In this document: positions 58,915 through 61,075 of the stretch, piece by piece
Position numbering within the stretch: position 1 is the first letter of the stretch
Layout: each line of letters opens with the position of its first letter
IMG/VR virus record: IMGVR_UViG_3300010354_000093
Coordinates: 1-61,075 of that record
Strand: one strand, 5' to 3'
Source of the DNA: a virus
Lineage: Duplodnaviria; Caudoviricetes
Length of the DNA: 61,075 nt
Position numbers and translations under genes: made by a program
Notes under the pieces: model-generated
Seen by the model: only the letters and a program-made list of their open reading frames with translations
What the model was told of the DNA's origin: nothing
Database searches by the model: none

Positions 58915-59152
58915 ACCATTAGATTATCAAGATGAAGAAACTCATGAACAGCTGATGACGGCGTTTCGTGAGTATTTCAAGTCTAATCAAGAATGGGTCA
59001 ACAAAGGCACACGTAGGGCAGGAGAGAACAGTCGTTACTGGCTTGCCCAAATTAGAATCATAGCTAAGGCTCGCAGAGAAAAAATACAGCAATATCGTGT
59101 TCATTTGGACAGAACTAAGGCTCAAAAGAAAGGCTCGGCAGAGGAAGAGTAG
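58898..59152 (+). CDS. small basic protein, possibly histone H1-like (Hc1 family)
   Basis: F..Y......KGTRRAGENSR..L..I...AK.RR resembles the KGNKAAGxRAR core of Hc1-like proteins. Confidence 0.45.
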   Translation: MSKHVEPLDYQDEETHEQLMTAFREYFKSNQEWVNKGTRRAGENSRYWLAQIRIIAKARREKIQQYRVHLDRTKAQKKGSAEEE

Positions 59153-59164
59153 ACTACATAGTTG

Positions 59165-59608
59165 ATGTATTGGACGTATCAACAAAAATCAGTAGAAGAA
59201 ATTCCAGAAGGCGTAATTGGCTTCGTTTATCTTATTACAAATCTCACCACCGGGCAAAAGTACATAGGCAAAAAACTAGCACAGTTTAAGCGTACCAAAC
59301 CACCACTCAAAGGCAAAAAACTTAAAAGACGTTCCGTAGTTGAAAGCGATTGGCGTGACTATTGGGGATCGTCGGATAGGTTACAAGCAGACGTTCAAGC
59401 ATTAGGTCCGGAAAAATTCACAAGAGAAATAATTTATTATTGCAAAAGCAAAGCAGAAATGTCTTACTTAGAGGCAAGAGAACAATTTGAACGGCGTGTA
59501 CTAGAGACTGACGAATACTATAACGGCATTATCAACGTTAGAGTGGGCGGGTCAGCTATCCTAAGACAGCGGTTAATAGAACAAGCACAGGCGAAATCAA
59601 ACGGTTAA
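59165..59608 (+). CDS. GIY-YIG endonuclease (catalytic domain only)
   Basis: GFVYLITN....KYIGKK, YWGSS, FTREII, LEAREQ (catalytic Glu), YYN; no extended C-terminal DNA-binding domain. Confidence 0.85.
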   Translation: MYWTYQQKSVEEIPEGVIGFVYLITNLTTGQKYIGKKLAQFKRTKPPLKGKKLKRRSVVESDWRDYWGSSDRLQADVQALGPEKFTREIIYYCKSKAEMSYLEAREQFERRVLETDEYYNGIINVRVGGSAILRQRLIEQAQAKSNG

Positions 59609-59610
59609 TG

Positions 59611-59955
59611 GCTAGCGCAGGCCAAATTCGTGCGCTCTATACCTGGACCCAGGGTCGCAGGGACGGAAATCTCTCGCCGTTAAGAGTACTCAACCACTAC
59701 CCGAAAGGATGTTGATCGCTAATAAGACCTGCGATTTGGTTGTTTGAACAGGATTTAAGGCAAAAAGAAGGGTAATTCCCTAACGGACATATAGGTGATA
59801 GCATGTCTATATGTACCTGCCGTCGGATAAAGACGCTGCTCGTGGTACCGGCCGACCGCCACTGTAATGCAGTAATGCTATGTGACTGCGCTACTCAGAT
59901 GATGCGAATCTTTGCCCTATGCGGGCAAAGTGTGACCACTTAATCTAGATGATAC
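59611..59955 (+). ncRNA. candidate large structured non-coding RNA (unidentified family)
   Basis: No ORF; GC-richer than the genome; many helices incl. TAGCGCAG 59613-20/CTGCGCTA 59886-93, CAACCA 59691-96/TGGTTG 59737-42, CC-GAAA-GG, ACATATAGG 59787-95/TCTATATGT 59806-14 with loop ATAGCAT pairing to ATGCTAT 59875-81, CTTTGCCC 59910-17/GGGCAAAG 59923-30. Confidence 0.65.
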
Positions 59956-59960
59956 TAAAT

Positions 59961-60021
59961 CGCTTCGCTTTAAAAATGCTTCGAGTCTTTAGACGAAGAA
60001 GCAAACGAACGCAGTTCGTTT
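59961..60021. other. cluster of hairpins (GNA-triloop mini-hairpins)
   Basis: GCGAAGCG on the - strand (59961-59968); TGCTTC/GAAGCA stem 59977-60003; AAACGAAC-GCA-GTTCGTTT 60003-60021. Confidence 0.6.
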
Positions 60022-60028
60022 ATAAATA
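60021..60028 (+). promoter_or_regulatory. T4-type late promoter TATAAATA
   Basis: Exact T4 gp55 consensus, 22 nt before ATG 60051. Confidence 0.75.
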
Positions 60029-60050
60029 AAGGTATTATCGGAATAATATT

Positions 60051-61075
60051 ATGTCTTTAACTTTTTCACAAAGATTAATTGTAGAAGAAAAATTAAACGA
60101 AGGTCGAATTCTCTTAGAGGATATATGCCGAGGTTTAACTGAAGAACAAAATAAAATAATTAGAGGAATATATAGAGAGTTTTTACCGTTAATTGAAGCA
60201 ACATTAACTACAGATCAAATATCCCAATTATTTAAAAATGTAGAGCAATCAGCAACTGCTAGTGGATCTAACAGAACTGGGTTGGGAAAAGCCGCAGATG
60301 TTGCAAAATTACCAGTCCAAGCAGTTCAAAAAGTTAACGATATTATTAACAAAGCAGGGCAGTGGGCGCAAAACACTAAACCTGTACAGGCGTTTGATCA
60401 AAAATTTGAAGAACTAAAAGCAAAGATTAGTGCTAAGTTTCCAAATTTAACTCAAAACTTAACTCAAGCAGGAGAATGGGCTAAGGCAAATCCTGGAAAA
60501 ACCGCAGTGATTATCGGTGTGTTAACCGCCGTTGCATCATTAGCGGGAGGACCTTTAGGTGGTGCTATCGCAGGTCAAATACTAAGAGGTACTACTGAAT
60601 TAATGAAAGGCGAAAAACTTTCAACTGCGATCGGAAAAGGTATTAAAACTGCGGCTTTAGGTTACTTATCTGGTAAAGCCTTTGAAATGTTGGGAAAATT
60701 CGTAGAGGGAATGAGAGTTGAAGCATTGCCTGTTCCTGGGGCTGAGGAATCTGGGTTAGCCACTGTTAACTACGGGGCTACTAGAACTATTACAGGTCCG
60801 GGCACAGAATGGAAACAGACTGTGCAAGGATTTAATGTCACGGTATTTCCTGAACAACAGACAGCCATTAATGACGCTATGAGTATGATCCGTAATGGTC
60901 AACCCGGCGGTTTTGATCTATTGAAAACTATCGCCCAGGAGATTAGATCTCCTGAATACAGGGCTGCGATCAAAGATATAATGGTCAATGCTCGTGCAGA
61001 CCAATTGGCCAATGACGGATTACTAAAATGGATCAATGGCATGGCCCAAGCAGGTCAAAGTCTTAGTCAAGGTGC
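60051..61075 (+). CDS. late protein, probably virion-internal (3'-truncated; absent from the ORF track)
   Basis: Open frame from ATG 60051 to the window end: MSLTFSQRLIVEEKLNEGRILLEDICRGLTEEQ...KTAVIIGVLTAVASLAGGPLGGAIAG... Confidence 0.8.
   Translation, partial: MSLTFSQRLIVEEKLNEGRILLEDICRGLTEEQNKIIRGIYREFLPLIEATLTTDQISQLFKNVEQSATASGSNRTGLGKAADVAKLPVQAVQKVNDIINKAGQWAQNTKPVQAFDQKFEELKAKISAKFPNLTQNLTQAGEWAKANPGKTAVIIGVLTAVASLAGGPLGGAIAGQILRGTTELMKGEKLSTAIGKGIKTAALGYLSGKAFEMLGKFVEGMRVEALPVPGAEESGLATVNYGATRTITGPGTEWKQTVQGFNVTVFPEQQTAINDAMSMIRNGQPGGFDLLKTIAQEIRSPEYRAAIKDIMVNARADQLANDGLLKWINGMAQAGQSLSQG

Noticed and set aside
177-59185. Many short antisense or nested ORFs in the track (e.g. 177-626, 6111-6569, 9719-10171, 36495-36851, 58919-59185)
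   Set aside because: They lie opposite or inside well-supported genes and have no recognisable motifs; consistent with shadow ORFs
59165-59608. GIY-YIG as a mobile homing endonuclease
   Set aside because: No C-terminal DNA-recognition modules and no interrupted host gene; mobility unsupported
59881-59953. CRISPR or TIGR array
   Set aside because: Only two short units, and no cas or Nop-domain gene in the window; kept only as a motif observation
59611-59955. tRNA, tmRNA, RNase P RNA, or group I/II intron identity for the non-coding region
   Set aside because: No T-loop/CCA cloverleaf, no tmRNA termini, no GAGGAAAGUCC P4 motif, and no recognisable P7 or domain V; the flanking genes appear uninterrupted
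1-61075. Stop-codon reassignment
   Set aside because: Standard code gives near-complete coding density, including a 14-kb ORF, and TAA, TGA and TAG all end genes at sensible junctions

Overview
This 61-kb window is a fragment of a large, AT-rich, T4-like (contractile-tailed) phage genome with three transcriptional blocks. Block 1 (1-13049, + strand) holds nucleotide, accessory and early genes: guaC, queE, two flavin-dependent halogenases, a 2OG-Fe(II) oxygenase, a T4 RNase H-like exonuclease, a MoxR AAA+/vWA-metallopeptidase pair and thyX. Block 2 (13042-54763, - strand) is a late tail/baseplate operon: gp48/54-, gp53-, hub-, gp5-, gp25- and gp6-like genes, a 4784-aa giant baseplate protein, repeat-rich fibres and two subtilases, ending in four glycosyltransferase-like genes. 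Block 3 (54845-61075, + strand) holds a gp55-like late sigma factor, gp47/gp46, a cytidylyltransferase, an Hc1-like protein, a minimal GIY-YIG nuclease, a ~440-bp non-coding region and a truncated late gene missing from the ORF track. The best candidate for something undescribed is the non-coding region directly after the GIY-YIG gene. By hand it folds into a ~345-nt multi-domain RNA with long-range helices, G-U wobbles and a 7-bp pseudoknot. Clusters of GNA-triloop DNA mini-hairpins lie on both sides of it, one hidden inside gp46. Also notable are a bipartite late-promoter motif (ATAAACTAC-N15/16-RATAAATA) and its exact head-to-head overlap with the sigma70 promoter of the late sigma gene. 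All calls come from motif recognition by eye; no database searches or folding programs were run.
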